The notes under the pieces: generated by a model
Databases searched by the model: none
What the model was told of the DNA's origin: nothing
What the model saw: the letters and a program-made list of their open reading frames with translations, nothing else
Assembly: GCA_002408125.1 (NCBI GenBank)
Contig: DHQO01000022.1
Span: forward strand, 25,582 to 89,581
Length of the DNA stretch: 64,000 bases
From: Hyphomonadaceae bacterium UBA5336
GTDB lineage: Bacteria; Pseudomonadota; Alphaproteobacteria; Caulobacterales; Hyphomonadaceae
Reading direction: 5' to 3'
Part shown: positions 46,407-56,869 of the stretch, in pieces
How the letters are laid out: every line of letters starts with the position of its first letter
How positions within the stretch are numbered: position 1 is the stretch's first letter
Made by a program: the position numbers and the translations under genes

Positions 46407-49400
46407 GCCCATCTTCTCTCCCGACAGCCCGGCCTATCAGGACGCCGGCAGGGCGCAGGCGACCGCAGCGGACCCGGCCCATTCGGCCTGGGTGTCGGCC
46501 AATGCGGGCTCCGGCAAGACCAAGGTGCTGATCGACCGGGTCGCGCGCCTCCTGCTGAAGGATGCCGCGCCGGATTCCATTCTCTGCATCACCTATACGC
46601 GTGCCGCCGCCAATGAGATGATCTCCCGGCTGTTCCGCCAGCTCGGCGCCTGGTCGGTGATGGATGACGCTGAGCTGCTGGCCCAGCTCGCCGCCTTGGA
46701 GGGCCGGACGCCGGAAAGCTATGCGGCGGAGGAGCTGCCCAAGGCGCGTGCCCTCTTTGCCAAGGCGCTGGAGACCCCCGGCGGGCTGCGCATCGAGACG
46801 ATCCACGCGTTTTGTGCGCGGCTTTTGCGGCGGTTCCCGCTGGAGGCGCGCATCCCGCCGGGGTTTCGCGAGATCGAGGAGCGCGATGCCGAGCGCATGT
46901 GGCAGGAGGCAGTGCGTGCTGGCGTGCTGCAGCTCGATGATGCCAGCCCGGAGGTGATCGATGCGCTGGCCGCTGAGGGGCGCGGCCTTGGTCTCAGCGC
47001 CTCGCTCGGGCTGGTGCGCGGGGCGGGCCAGAAGCTTTGGCTTGAGCCGGAAGAGGCCGCCGAGCAGTTGCGCGCGGAGCTGAAGACGCCGGACGTCTCT
47101 GCTGAGGCGCTCTTGGAAAAAGCCATGCTGGCCGATTTGCCGGTCACGGAATACCGCGCCGCGATCGAGAGCCTGCGGGCCGGGACCACGAAAACCGACA
47201 TCGCCCTGTCGGACCGGCTGATCGCCTTGCTCGAATGCGAAGACGCCGCCGGGCGGTGGGAGCTGGTGCAGGGCATCTGGAAGACCGGTTCGGGCAGTGA
47301 CCGCAAATCCAATCCCTTCACCAAGGCGATGGCGCCACACCTGGAAGACCTTTTCGCCGTCACTGTGCCCGAAGGGCGGGAAGTCACCCGCCTGCGCGCG
47401 GTGAACACAGCCTGGCGCGCGGCCCGGGCGGTTGAGCGCACGCTGGCGCTGATCACCCTCGCCCGGCCTGTCCTTGCCGCCTATGACACAGCCAAGGGTG
47501 CGCGCGGGGCCCTGGATTTCGACGATCTCATCACCGCGGCCAATACCCTGCTCACCCTGTCGGGCCAGGCCGCCTGGGTGCTCTACAAGCTCGATGGCGG
47601 GATCAGCCATGTCCTGCTCGATGAGGCCCAGGATACCAGCCCCGACCAGTGGACGCTCATCCATGCCCTGACAGAGGAATTCTTCTCCGGCATGGGCAGT
47701 GAAAAGCCCCAGGACCCGCGCACGCTGTTCGTCGTGGGCGACGAAAAGCAGTCGATCTACTCCTTCCAGGGCGCCGATCCGGACAAGTTCCATGTCCACA
47801 AGCAGGAGCTGGTCGCGCGCACGGCGGGCGGTGTGAAAACCCCGGACATGCTGATGTCCTTCCGCTCCAGCCCGGAAGTGCTGCAATTCGTCGATACGGT
47901 CTTTGACACGGATCTCTTCGACGGCGCGCCATTCTCAGGGTTCGTGCCGGAAGAGGCCGACCGCATGCGCCATGAGGCCCGACGCGCCAACCAGCCCGGC
48001 TGTGTCGAGCTCTGGCCGGTCGAAGCGCCGGTCGAGCTCGATCCGGACGACCCCTGGGAGCCGCCGGTGGATTCCATGGGCCAGGATGCCCCCAAGGCGC
48101 GGCTTGCGCGAAAGGTGGCGGCTGAAGTGCGCGCGCTGATCGACCGGGGTGAGGCCATCTGGGTGGAAAATGCCGACCGGTCCTGGTCGCGCAAGCCGGC
48201 TGAGGCCGGTGACGTGCTGATCCTGGTGCGCAAGCGCAAGGGCGGGCTTTTTAATGCCCTGATCCAGGAATTGAAGCGCCAGCACCTGCCCGTGGCCGGC
48301 GCGGACCGGCTGACCCTGAAAGATCATATCGGCGTGCAGGACCTGCTCAATCTCGTCCGCTTTACTCTGATGCCGGAAGATGACCTGACGCTGGCGGAAA
48401 TCCTGCGCGGCCCGTTCTGCGACCTGGTGGATGACGACAAGCATCTCTTCCCGCTCGCCCATGAGCGCAAGACGCAAAGCCTGTGGTCGCGGCTGCAGGC
48501 GGCCGAGGACCCCGTCTTCCACGCAGCGCGTGCTTTTCTGGAAGGGGTGCTCGAGCGGGGCGCCTTGCCGCCGTTTGAGTTCCTCTCGGCGGTGCTCGAC
48601 GGGCCGGTGAAGGGCGCGGAGACCGGCTGGGACCGGATCGGTGCGCGTCTCGGCACGCCGGCGCGCGACCCGGTCGAGGCGCTGCTCTCGCGCGCGCTTG
48701 CCCATGACGGCAAGGCCGGTGCGTCCCTGCAGACCTTCCTCTCGGCGATGGAACGAGATGCCAGCGAGATCAAGCGGGATCTCGCTGAATCCGGCGGTGC
48801 GGTGCGGGTGATGACCGTGCATGGCGCCAAGGGCCTGCAGGCACCCATCGTGATCCTGCCGGACACCACTTCGCCCCCTCCGGGCGCGCCTGGTGCGCTG
48901 CTCTCGGTCAATGGAATGCCGGTCTGGGCGCCGCGCAAGGATGAGGATACGGGCCGCCTGTCGGCAGCACGCCTTGAGGCGGAACGCGCCGCCCAGCGCG
49001 AGGCCCGGCGCCTGCTTTATGTGGCGCTGACGCGGGCGCAGGACCGGCTGATCCTCTGCGGTGCCTGGTATGGCAGCAAGAAGGGCGCGGGCTTCGACCT
49101 GGCCTCCTGGTATGGCCTGTGCGCGAGCGCTATGGAGCGGCTTGCCGGGCCAGCCGAGGAGGGCGCGGACCGGCAATGCTTTGGCGCGCCGCCACCGAGG
49201 CTCACTCCGGCGGTCGCCGTCGCGGCGGAGGACACACCTGCACCCGCCTGGCTGCGCCAGCCTGCCCCGAAGGAGGCCGCCGGGCGGCGCGCGATCAGCC
49301 CGTCTCACCTGCTTCCGGATGATACGCCGGTCATCGACCCGCTGGCGCCGCGCCCACCTGACCGGCGTCTGCGCGGGCGGCTGATCCATGCCCTGCTCGA

Positions 49401-49881
49401 ACGCCTGCCGCGTCTCGACGTTTCTGAGCGCGAGGTGACCGCCCGGGCCTTTCTCGCGCGCGAGCCGGACCTCAGCGATGCCGAACGCGAGGAGATCTGC
49501 GCAACAACCCTCGCAACCCTGAACGATCCCGCCATGGCAGAGGTATTCTCACCGTTCGGCCGGGCTGAAGCCGCGATTGTGGGCACCGGCACGGGCTGGC
49601 CGGCGGGCACGCTGATCAATGGCCGGGTCGACCGGCTGGTTGTGCGGCCCGAGCGCGTCCTGGTCGTTGATATCAAGACGGACCGGCCTCCGCCGGTCGA
49701 TGAATCCGGTGTCAGCGAGGCTTATCTCATGCAGATGGCGACCTATGCGAATGTGCTGGAAGCCGGCTTTCCAGGCCGGCGTGTGGAGTGTGCCCTGGTC
49801 TGGACCCAGGGTCCGCGTCTGATGCCGCTTTCCCGGTCACGTCTGTTAGAAGCGCTAAAGCGAGCACAAAGCGGGCTTTGA
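46399..49881 (+). CDS. addA: double-strand break repair helicase AddA
   Basis: UvrD-type helicase motifs (SANAGSGKTKVL, LLDEAQDTSP, VMTVHGAKGLQAP) and a C-terminal nuclease (RVDRLVV..VLVVDIKT). ATGGCTGA overlap with addB. Confidence 0.93.
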   Translation: MAEPIFSPDSPAYQDAGRAQATAADPAHSAWVSANAGSGKTKVLIDRVARLLLKDAAPDSILCITYTRAAANEMISRLFRQLGAWSVMDDAELLAQLAALEGRTPESYAAEELPKARALFAKALETPGGLRIETIHAFCARLLRRFPLEARIPPGFREIEERDAERMWQEAVRAGVLQLDDASPEVIDALAAEGRGLGLSASLGLVRGAGQKLWLEPEEAAEQLRAELKTPDVSAEALLEKAMLADLPVTEYRAAIESLRAGTTKTDIALSDRLIALLECEDAAGRWELVQGIWKTGSGSDRKSNPFTKAMAPHLEDLFAVTVPEGREVTRLRAVNTAWRAARAVERTLALITLARPVLAAYDTAKGARGALDFDDLITAANTLLTLSGQAAWVLYKLDGGISHVLLDEAQDTSPDQWTLIHALTEEFFSGMGSEKPQDPRTLFVVGDEKQSIYSFQGADPDKFHVHKQELVARTAGGVKTPDMLMSFRSSPEVLQFVDTVFDTDLFDGAPFSGFVPEEADRMRHEARRANQPGCVELWPVEAPVELDPDDPWEPPVDSMGQDAPKARLARKVAAEVRALIDRGEAIWVENADRSWSRKPAEAGDVLILVRKRKGGLFNALIQELKRQHLPVAGADRLTLKDHIGVQDLLNLVRFTLMPEDDLTLAEILRGPFCDLVDDDKHLFPLAHERKTQSLWSRLQAAEDPVFHAARAFLEGVLERGALPPFEFLSAVLDGPVKGAETGWDRIGARLGTPARDPVEALLSRALAHDGKAGASLQTFLSAMERDASEIKRDLAESGGAVRVMTVHGAKGLQAPIVILPDTTSPPPGAPGALLSVNGMPVWAPRKDEDTGRLSAARLEAERAAQREARRLLYVALTRAQDRLILCGAWYGSKKGAGFDLASWYGLCASAMERLAGPAEEGADRQCFGAPPPRLTPAVAVAAEDTPAPAWLRQPAPKEAAGRRAISPSHLLPDDTPVIDPLAPRPPDRRLRGRLIHALLERLPRLDVSEREVTARAFLAREPDLSDAEREEICATTLATLNDPAMAEVFSPFGRAEAAIVGTGTGWPAGTLINGRVDRLVVRPERVLVVDIKTDRPPPVDESGVSEAYLMQMATYANVLEAGFPGRRVECALVWTQGPRLMPLSRSRLLEALKRAQSGL

Positions 49882-49932
49882 TCGGTTCGGGAATCTCCTA
49901 TTTACTTTGAAGAGTTGAGAAAGGAGCCACGC

Positions 49933-50250
49933 ATGGCGACGAAGACGATCACGGATGATGATTTCGACACCACGATTGCGGGTGACACCCCGGTCGTCGT
50001 GGATTTCTGGGCGGAATGGTGTGGGCCCTGCAAGCAGATGGCGCCGCACCTGGATGCCGTGGCAGAAGACATGACCGGCAAGGTGACCGTGGCCAAGATC
50101 AATGTCGACGAGAACCCGATGAGTGCCTCGAAATACGGCGTTCGCGGCCTGCCGACGCTGATGCTGTTCAAGGGCGGCAAGATGGTCGACAGCCAGCTCG
50201 GCGCGATGAGCAAGCAGCGTATTGCCGAGTGGATCAAGGAACACGCCTGA
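49933..50250 (+). CDS. trxA: thioredoxin
   Basis: 105 aa with the WCGPC active site. GAAAGGAG RBS. Confidence 0.95.
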   Translation: MATKTITDDDFDTTIAGDTPVVVDFWAEWCGPCKQMAPHLDAVAEDMTGKVTVAKINVDENPMSASKYGVRGLPTLMLFKGGKMVDSQLGAMSKQRIAEWIKEHA

Positions 50251-50273
50251 TTTTCAGGTTGGCCTGCAAGACC

Positions 50274-50304
50274 CCCCGCTGCCGATCCGGTGGCGGGGTT
50301 TTTT
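50274..50304 (+). terminator. rho-independent terminator of trxA
   Basis: 10-bp stem CCCCGCTGCC-GATCC-GGTGGCGGGG (2 G-T wobbles) followed by TTTTTTG, 24 nt after the trxA stop. Confidence 0.8.
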
Positions 50305-50326
50305 GTGCCTGGTGTGGGAAGCAGTC

Positions 50327-51271
50327 TCAGACCGCGGCAGTCAGCCCATGGGTGAGGCCGGGCGCCTCGCGCTTGAGGAAATCCACCAGGGCGCGCTCGG
50401 CCGGCGAGACTTGGCCATCCCAGCGCAGCCGGCGCATGAACCAGTCGGTTTCCTCTTCCGTCACCGCCTCGCCCGCGCGCTGGGCAGCAGCCCTGGCTGC
50501 CTTGCGGGCAAGTTCAGCCTTGCGCGGATCATAGGCCACACGCTCGAACCAGCGTCCGGCATCGAACATGCTGGTCAGGCCGCTCAGCACGCCGCCTTCC
50601 GGACGCGAGAGCCAGTCCTCGCGGGCCAGCGCTTCCATTTCGGTGATCGGATCCGGGTGAGCGGCGGCCAGAAGGTGGTTGCCTATGGTGCGAGCAAAAA
50701 GGTCGTTCCAGGTTGGTGCATTGTCGGCTTCTGCGATGGTGTCATTGGTCACGAAGAGGAGGCAGGCTTCCTTGCGCGTCACCCACAGGCCGCCTTCGCT
50801 GGACTGGGCATAGACCGCGCTGCGCACGCGCTCGACATCCTCATCGAGTGCCCGGCCGGCCTCGACAATACGCTGGCAGACAAGTTCAAGCGCCATGAGT
50901 CCGAGGCGCGGCGGGGCGCCTTCGGCCTTGCGCACCAGGGTCAGCAGGAGGTCGATATCGCCGGTCAGCACCTCGCCGGTGCGCCCACGCAGGAGACCGA
51001 TCAACCAGTCGGCTTCATCATCGGTGATCCAGCCCTGGGGAGATTCCTGGGCGAGGAGATAGTCGCAGACGGCTTCGGTGACGCGGGCATTCCAGCTCGG
51101 AACGCTCTGGCTGAAGCGGGGAGAGACCCGGATCAGCGCCTCGGCTTCGGCGCGCGTGATGACGCCGTCGCGGAAGACATCATGGATGCGTGCTTCGGCT
51201 TCGTCGCGGCTGGCCTGACCCAACTCGCGGATTTTCGACAGGACGCTGCCGGCTTCTTGTGCGTGTCCCAC
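50327..51271 (-). CDS. hypothetical protein with five repeats of an I/V-T/S-x-x-E-A/T-x-x-L helical motif (TerB-like?)
   Basis: 314-aa ORF with balanced composition. The opposite-strand ORF 50222..51316 is Gly/Ala/Arg/His-rich junk and would run through the trxA terminator. Confidence 0.6.
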   Translation of the reverse strand: MGHAQEAGSVLSKIRELGQASRDEAEARIHDVFRDGVITRAEAEALIRVSPRFSQSVPSWNARVTEAVCDYLLAQESPQGWITDDEADWLIGLLRGRTGEVLTGDIDLLLTLVRKAEGAPPRLGLMALELVCQRIVEAGRALDEDVERVRSAVYAQSSEGGLWVTRKEACLLFVTNDTIAEADNAPTWNDLFARTIGNHLLAAAHPDPITEMEALAREDWLSRPEGGVLSGLTSMFDAGRWFERVAYDPRKAELARKAARAAAQRAGEAVTEEETDWFMRRLRWDGQVSPAERALVDFLKREAPGLTHGLTAAV

Positions 51272-51448
51272 GACCTGTACTCCACACCACCCAGTATACT
51301 ACTTGATCCATGTTAAACCGGGTTGGTTTCCGAGGGCTTAAACCTCTGCGGGAAAACACATCGTATCGTGCAATTTACGATCCTGACGGCCCAAATTTAT
51401 CCGGACTCCGGAACATCTTCACACGGAATGACCTGACTGAACGGGCGG

Positions 51449-52030
51449 CTAATGGTCGAGTTCGACATCCCAGTAGAGATAGTCCATCCAGGTTTCGTGC
51501 AGGTGGTTGGGCGGGAAACGCCGGCCAATTTCCTGAAGCTGATAATTTGTAGGCCGAACAGGTGTGCGAGCCGGGAACATGCCGGCATCCTTGGGCATAC
51601 GCCCGCCCTTCTTCAGGTTGCAGGGCGAGCAGGCCGTGACGATATTCGTCCAGCTGGTGCGCCCACCGCGCGAGCGCGGCACCACATGGTCGAAGGTCAG
51701 GTCGTGCTCGGTGCCGCAATAGACACAGGAAAACCCGTCGCGCAGGAACAGGTTGAACCGGGTAAAGGCCGGCGGGCGGTCCTGGCGCACGAACTCGCGC
51801 AGCGCAATCACGCTGGGCAGGCGCATCTCGAAGCTCGGACTACGCACGACACAGTCATATTCGGCGATGACCTCGACACGGTCGAGGAACACGGCCTTGA
51901 CGACATCCTGCCAGGGCCACAGCGAAAGCGGATAATAGCTCAGGGGGCGGAAGTCCGCATTCAGAACAAGCGCCGGGCGACCATTGGGGGGAAACGGAAC
52001 TACCGCTGCCATGAGCGTGCTCCCTGGCAA
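51449..52030 (-). CDS. HNH endonuclease family protein
   Basis: 193 aa. HNH/zinc motif CVYCGTEHDLTFDHVVPRSRGGRTSWTNIVTACSPCNLKK. Confidence 0.85.
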   Translation of the reverse strand: MPGSTLMAAVVPFPPNGRPALVLNADFRPLSYYPLSLWPWQDVVKAVFLDRVEVIAEYDCVVRSPSFEMRLPSVIALREFVRQDRPPAFTRFNLFLRDGFSCVYCGTEHDLTFDHVVPRSRGGRTSWTNIVTACSPCNLKKGGRMPKDAGMFPARTPVRPTNYQLQEIGRRFPPNHLHETWMDYLYWDVELDH

Positions 52031-52193
52031 ACTAAACCGTTACGGTGCGATGCGAGCCTGATAGTGGCGGCAACCTCCCTGATCTGAAATCGCTATTACG
52101 CGATTCTCCGCTACAGCTTTATGACAATTCCCGAGTTTGCACCATCAAATGCGTGATGGCAGCAAAATTGTCAGCGATGATGTGTCGGAAGGG

Positions 52194-52835
52194 TCACGCG
52201 ACCGGGGCGGACTGGCGGTCGCGCATCTCGTTGAGCCAGCCCCAGAGCAGATGGGCCGCCACGCCGCGCCAGGGGGCCCAGTCCTCGGCCAGGGCGCAGA
52301 ATGCCCTGGAGTCGTGGCGCTCCCCGGCGTTCGACAATTGCCGGTAGCTCTCCATCAGGCCGACATCGCCGGGCGGCCAGGCATCGAGATGGCCGGTGGT
52401 GGACAAAAGGAACACCTGGGCCGACCAGGGGCCGATGCCGGTGATCGCGACCAGCTCCTTGTGGGCCTCCTCGCGCGGGCCGGTGCGTACCCGGTCGAAG
52501 CACAGAAGGCCCTCCTGCTCATGGGTGGCGATGGCCTTGATATAGCGCACCTTGGCACGCGACAGGCCGGCGGCGCGCAGGGCGTCATCGTCGAGGGCGA
52601 GAATGGCGGGCGCGGTCATCGGCCGGGCCAGCGCCTCCACCCGGCCCCAGATCGCCGCACCGGCCTTGGTCGAGACCTGCTGGAAGGCCAGCATGCGCGC
52701 CAGCGCCTCGAAATTGCACGGCCCGTTGCGCCAGGCCGGTACGCCGATCTCCTCATAGGCGCGGGCGAGCGCCTTGTCGCGGGAGGCCAGAGCCTCGCAG
52801 GCGGCCTGGATCTCGCCTGCTGTCGGCGCGCTCAT
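52194..52835 (-). CDS. DNA-3-methyladenine glycosylase family protein (HhH-GPD, AlkA-like)
   Basis: 213 aa. Helix-hairpin-helix ITGIGPWSAQVFLL and a downstream Asp context (WPPGDVGL). Confidence 0.8.
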   Translation of the reverse strand: MSAPTAGEIQAACEALASRDKALARAYEEIGVPAWRNGPCNFEALARMLAFQQVSTKAGAAIWGRVEALARPMTAPAILALDDDALRAAGLSRAKVRYIKAIATHEQEGLLCFDRVRTGPREEAHKELVAITGIGPWSAQVFLLSTTGHLDAWPPGDVGLMESYRQLSNAGERHDSRAFCALAEDWAPWRGVAAHLLWGWLNEMRDRQSAPVA

Positions 52836-53866
52836 GTCTCGCTTGCCGGAGAGAGGTATTCGTCGAACGGGATTTCGGCGATGCGGTTGCCGAGGAAATA
52901 GATGCCGTCCTCGCGGATTGGCAGAGGCAGGAACCCGCCATTGGCCGAGGCGCCTTCCAGGGCGCCGATATAGGCGCGTAGTTCATCGGTCATGAGCCCG
53001 GCCGATTCCAGCGCGCCGCGCAACTCGTCGGCCTGTTCGATACGGATGCCGATGCTGCCGCTGACAACTTCCTCAGGCATGGAGAGATCCATTTTCCCGC
53101 CAAGATGCGCCGGGCCCCATTCCACCATGACCTGGGGCACGCGCAGCTCGCCACCGCTGCGCAGGGCCAGGGCCAGGGCATGAACCGGGCTCGCACCTTC
53201 CTCGATCGCCGGGACGCCGTCATCAAGCTCGGCGCGAAGGATGGACGGGCCGATTACCGGTCCAAGAAAGGCTAGGTCTTCCGGCGGCGCAGTTGGCAGG
53301 CGCACTTCCTGCCAGTGGGTTTCCAGCTGCAGCATGTCCGGCTCGCCCGGGGCCGGGCGCAGATGGAACTCGAAATCGTCGACTTCCGCCGGCTCGTCGC
53401 CGGCGACATTGAAGCTCGCCTCGTTCAGGGCCAGCGAGATCTGGCGGATGGACTGGGCATCCCAGCGCAGGCTCATGGCCGAGCGCCCGTCGATGAGGCC
53501 CTGCAGGGCGCCATTGCCCAGCTCATGGCGGCCGGGCGCGCGGATGATGGCGTGATTATAGTTCCAGGGCTGCATCACGATCTGCAGGTCGTCGGCGCGC
53601 CACATGGACCCAGTATCGGGAATGCCATAGGCCGGCTCTTCCACATCCAGGACGAAACGGAACGGAAAGCCCGAAAGCTTGCGGCTGGCATAGTCGACCT
53701 CCAGCCCCATGGCGCGCTGTTCCTCGACCCAGTCGTCAATGCCGTTCGAGATCACGCTGCGGGCGATAAACCAGTAGGCCGACCAGGCGATGCAGGCGAT
53801 CACGATCAGCGCGAAGAGGATGGTAATTGGGCCGGGGCCGCGGCGTTTGCCATAGGCTGTGGTCAT
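52832..53866 (-). CDS. DUF2125 domain-containing protein
   Basis: Start at MTTAYGKRRGP (ATG 53866, 1 nt from the plsC stop). N-terminal TM helix ITILFALIVIACIAWSAYWFIA. Layout typical of DUF2125. Confidence 0.7.
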   Translation of the reverse strand: MTTAYGKRRGPGPITILFALIVIACIAWSAYWFIARSVISNGIDDWVEEQRAMGLEVDYASRKLSGFPFRFVLDVEEPAYGIPDTGSMWRADDLQIVMQPWNYNHAIIRAPGRHELGNGALQGLIDGRSAMSLRWDAQSIRQISLALNEASFNVAGDEPAEVDDFEFHLRPAPGEPDMLQLETHWQEVRLPTAPPEDLAFLGPVIGPSILRAELDDGVPAIEEGASPVHALALALRSGGELRVPQVMVEWGPAHLGGKMDLSMPEEVVSGSIGIRIEQADELRGALESAGLMTDELRAYIGALEGASANGGFLPLPIREDGIYFLGNRIAEIPFDEYLSPASET

Positions 53867-53867
53867 G

Positions 53868-54623
53868 TCAGGCGAGCTCCAGTTCCGCGCGCGTGCGCCC
53901 TTGTGCTTCCAGCCCCTCTTCCAGAAGTTTTTCCGAGGCCGGCTCGATTGCCGCTTCAAGACGCGACATCAGCGCGCGGCGGTCAAGTCCCGGCTCGATG
54001 GGGTCGAGCAGTTCAAACACCACGGTGCCGGGCCGGCGGACAAGACCGCGCGCCGGCCAGCAAAGCCCGGAATTGGTCGCCACCGGCACGCAGGGCACGC
54101 CGAGTTTCTTGTAGAAGGCGCTGGTGCCGGCGGCGAAATAACCTGTCGTCACGCCCGGGGGATGGCGGGTGCCTTCCGGGAAGATGACGAACTGGCGGCC
54201 GACACTGGCGCGCTGTGCGGCGGCGTTCAGCATCTTCTTCACGGTCTTGGCCGCGCCGCCGCGATCGATCGCGATCATGCGCAGCTTCATCGCGTACCAG
54301 CCGAGAAAGGGATACCAGAGCAGCTCGCGCTTCATTGTGATCACCGGGTCGGACAGGATCAGGAAGGGGACGAAGACATCCCACATGCACTGGTGTTTTG
54401 CGGCGTAGATGATCGGGCCGGGGGGCAGGTGCTCAAGCCCGCGAAACTCGGTGCGGATCCCGCAAATGGCATGCAGGCCCCAGCGGATCGTGCCGGCATA
54501 AAAGCGCACGCCGTCACGGATCACGGTGCGCGGCATGAACAGGCTTGGCAGCCACAGGACGCCCATCAGGAACATCAGGCCGTACATCCAGGCCAGGAAA
54601 ACCAGAGATCGCAGGAGCAACAT
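53868..54623 (-). CDS. plsC: 1-acyl-sn-glycerol-3-phosphate acyltransferase
   Basis: 251 aa. Acyltransferase motifs AAKHQCMWD (HxxxxD) and IFPEGTR. Confidence 0.85.
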   Translation of the reverse strand: MLLLRSLVFLAWMYGLMFLMGVLWLPSLFMPRTVIRDGVRFYAGTIRWGLHAICGIRTEFRGLEHLPPGPIIYAAKHQCMWDVFVPFLILSDPVITMKRELLWYPFLGWYAMKLRMIAIDRGGAAKTVKKMLNAAAQRASVGRQFVIFPEGTRHPPGVTTGYFAAGTSAFYKKLGVPCVPVATNSGLCWPARGLVRRPGTVVFELLDPIEPGLDRRALMSRLEAAIEPASEKLLEEGLEAQGRTRAELELA

Positions 54624-54628
54624 AAGCT

Positions 54629-55210
54629 TCAGTTAAACAAGCTTAGCGCCTGCGTCACGCGCCATTTCATCCACTCCTGCGCTGTTCCGCGAAACGATCG
54701 CCAGTCTCGATAGGCATTGACGGGATCGATCCGGGTCGTGACGGGATAGGCAATGAACTCAACACCTTCGGCGTCGCGCGACAGGAGGAAGCGCGCGCGG
54801 GGCATGTGATAGTTCGAGGTGACGAGGACGAGACGGTCATATCCGTTCGTCTCGGCCCAGGCGGAGACTTCCTCGGCATTCTCCAGCGTGGTGGTCGCCT
54901 GGTAGCCGATATCGACACAGCACTCATAAAGGCCGGGGTCGCCGCCGGCGCTTGCAGCCAACTGGTCGAGCGTGACATCGGGGTTTACCCCGGAAATCAG
55001 GAGCCGTTCGCCAATGCCTGTGGCCAGCAGGTCCATGCCCGCGGCAATGCGCAGGCCCGAGCCGCCGGTGAGCACGACAATCCCATCGGCATCGGTGACA
55101 TCGCCTGGCAGGGCGCGGGCGGCATCTTCGCGAAATCCGTTGAAGTCGAGGATCGCCGCGATGACAACCGCTGCGAGCACCCAGCGCCATTTCAGGCCGA
55201 ATGGTCTCAA
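54629..55210 (-). CDS. YdcF/ElyC (DUF218) family protein
   Basis: 193 aa. N-terminal TM helix, DGIVVLTGG.., LLISGVN.. and SNYHMPRA motifs. Confidence 0.8.
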   Translation of the reverse strand: MRPFGLKWRWVLAAVVIAAILDFNGFREDAARALPGDVTDADGIVVLTGGSGLRIAAGMDLLATGIGERLLISGVNPDVTLDQLAASAGGDPGLYECCVDIGYQATTTLENAEEVSAWAETNGYDRLVLVTSNYHMPRARFLLSRDAEGVEFIAYPVTTRIDPVNAYRDWRSFRGTAQEWMKWRVTQALSLFN

Positions 55211-56072
55211 AACGCCCCTTTCAGCGACCGGATCACCGTAATTCGGGCGGCGATCCGCGCAGCCAGCGCGGCAAGGATTGGGGTGGCAATCAGGATGAGC
55301 AGGTCGGTCGGGTCGAGCGACAGGCGCGGCAGGAGCCCGCTGCGCCCCGATCCGGCAGACGCCATGGACATGGCCAGCGCCACGGCGGCAAGCGCAAATA
55401 ATGCCCCGACCGATCCGGCTTTCAGACCGAGCACCCAGAAGCGGCGCTCGAACAGGCGGGAGATGAACCGGTCCGTCGCGCCCGACAGGTGGAGCACATC
55501 GACAATGTCGCGGCGCGCCAGCAGGGCGGCATGGGTGGCAAAGGCGATGACGGCCACGGCGGTGGCGCCAAGCAGGACAACGGTGGACAGGGCGACCAGC
55601 CGAACGACACCGAGGGCGCGGCGCACATCCCCGGCCCAGGTCTCATGTGCATCGACGCGGGAGTCTATGCCGGCTTCGGTGAGGCGGCGCTGCAGGTCCG
55701 GGGCAAGGTTTTCCAGCGCCGGATCGGCCTCAACGGCCAGGATCAGCGGCATGGGCAGGCCGGCCGGCAGGCCGCCCGCCCCGAAGCTCGGTTCCAGCAG
55801 GGCCTCGATTTCCTCATGTGCCATGACGCGCGCGCCGGTCACGCCCGGCACGGCGGCGATCAGGTCGCGCGCCTCATCGGCCGCACGCCGGTCGGCATCG
55901 ACCAAACGCACCGTGATCTGGCCCTGGACCTCGGCGGTCCATCCGGCGGCGGCATCATAGGTTGCGCGCGCCGAAAGTGCGGCCAGCGCGGCCAGGAAGC
56001 ACAGCGCACAGACGACGAAGAACAGGGCGGCTTCGCGCGTGTCGCGTTCCGGCAGGAGCGGGGTTTCCTGGC

Positions 56073-56076
<4 letters not shown>
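55207..56076 (-). CDS. ftsX: cell division protein FtsX-like permease
   Basis: 289 aa with four TM segments, directly downstream of ftsE with a 4-nt overlap. Confidence 0.85.
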
Positions 56077-56792
<716 letters not shown>

Positions 56793-56869
56793 GTCTGGCT
56801 AGATACCACCTGCGACCACCTAAGCCTGCGTTAACAGCAGATTGAGTCCATTCGTTGAATGAACAGGCC

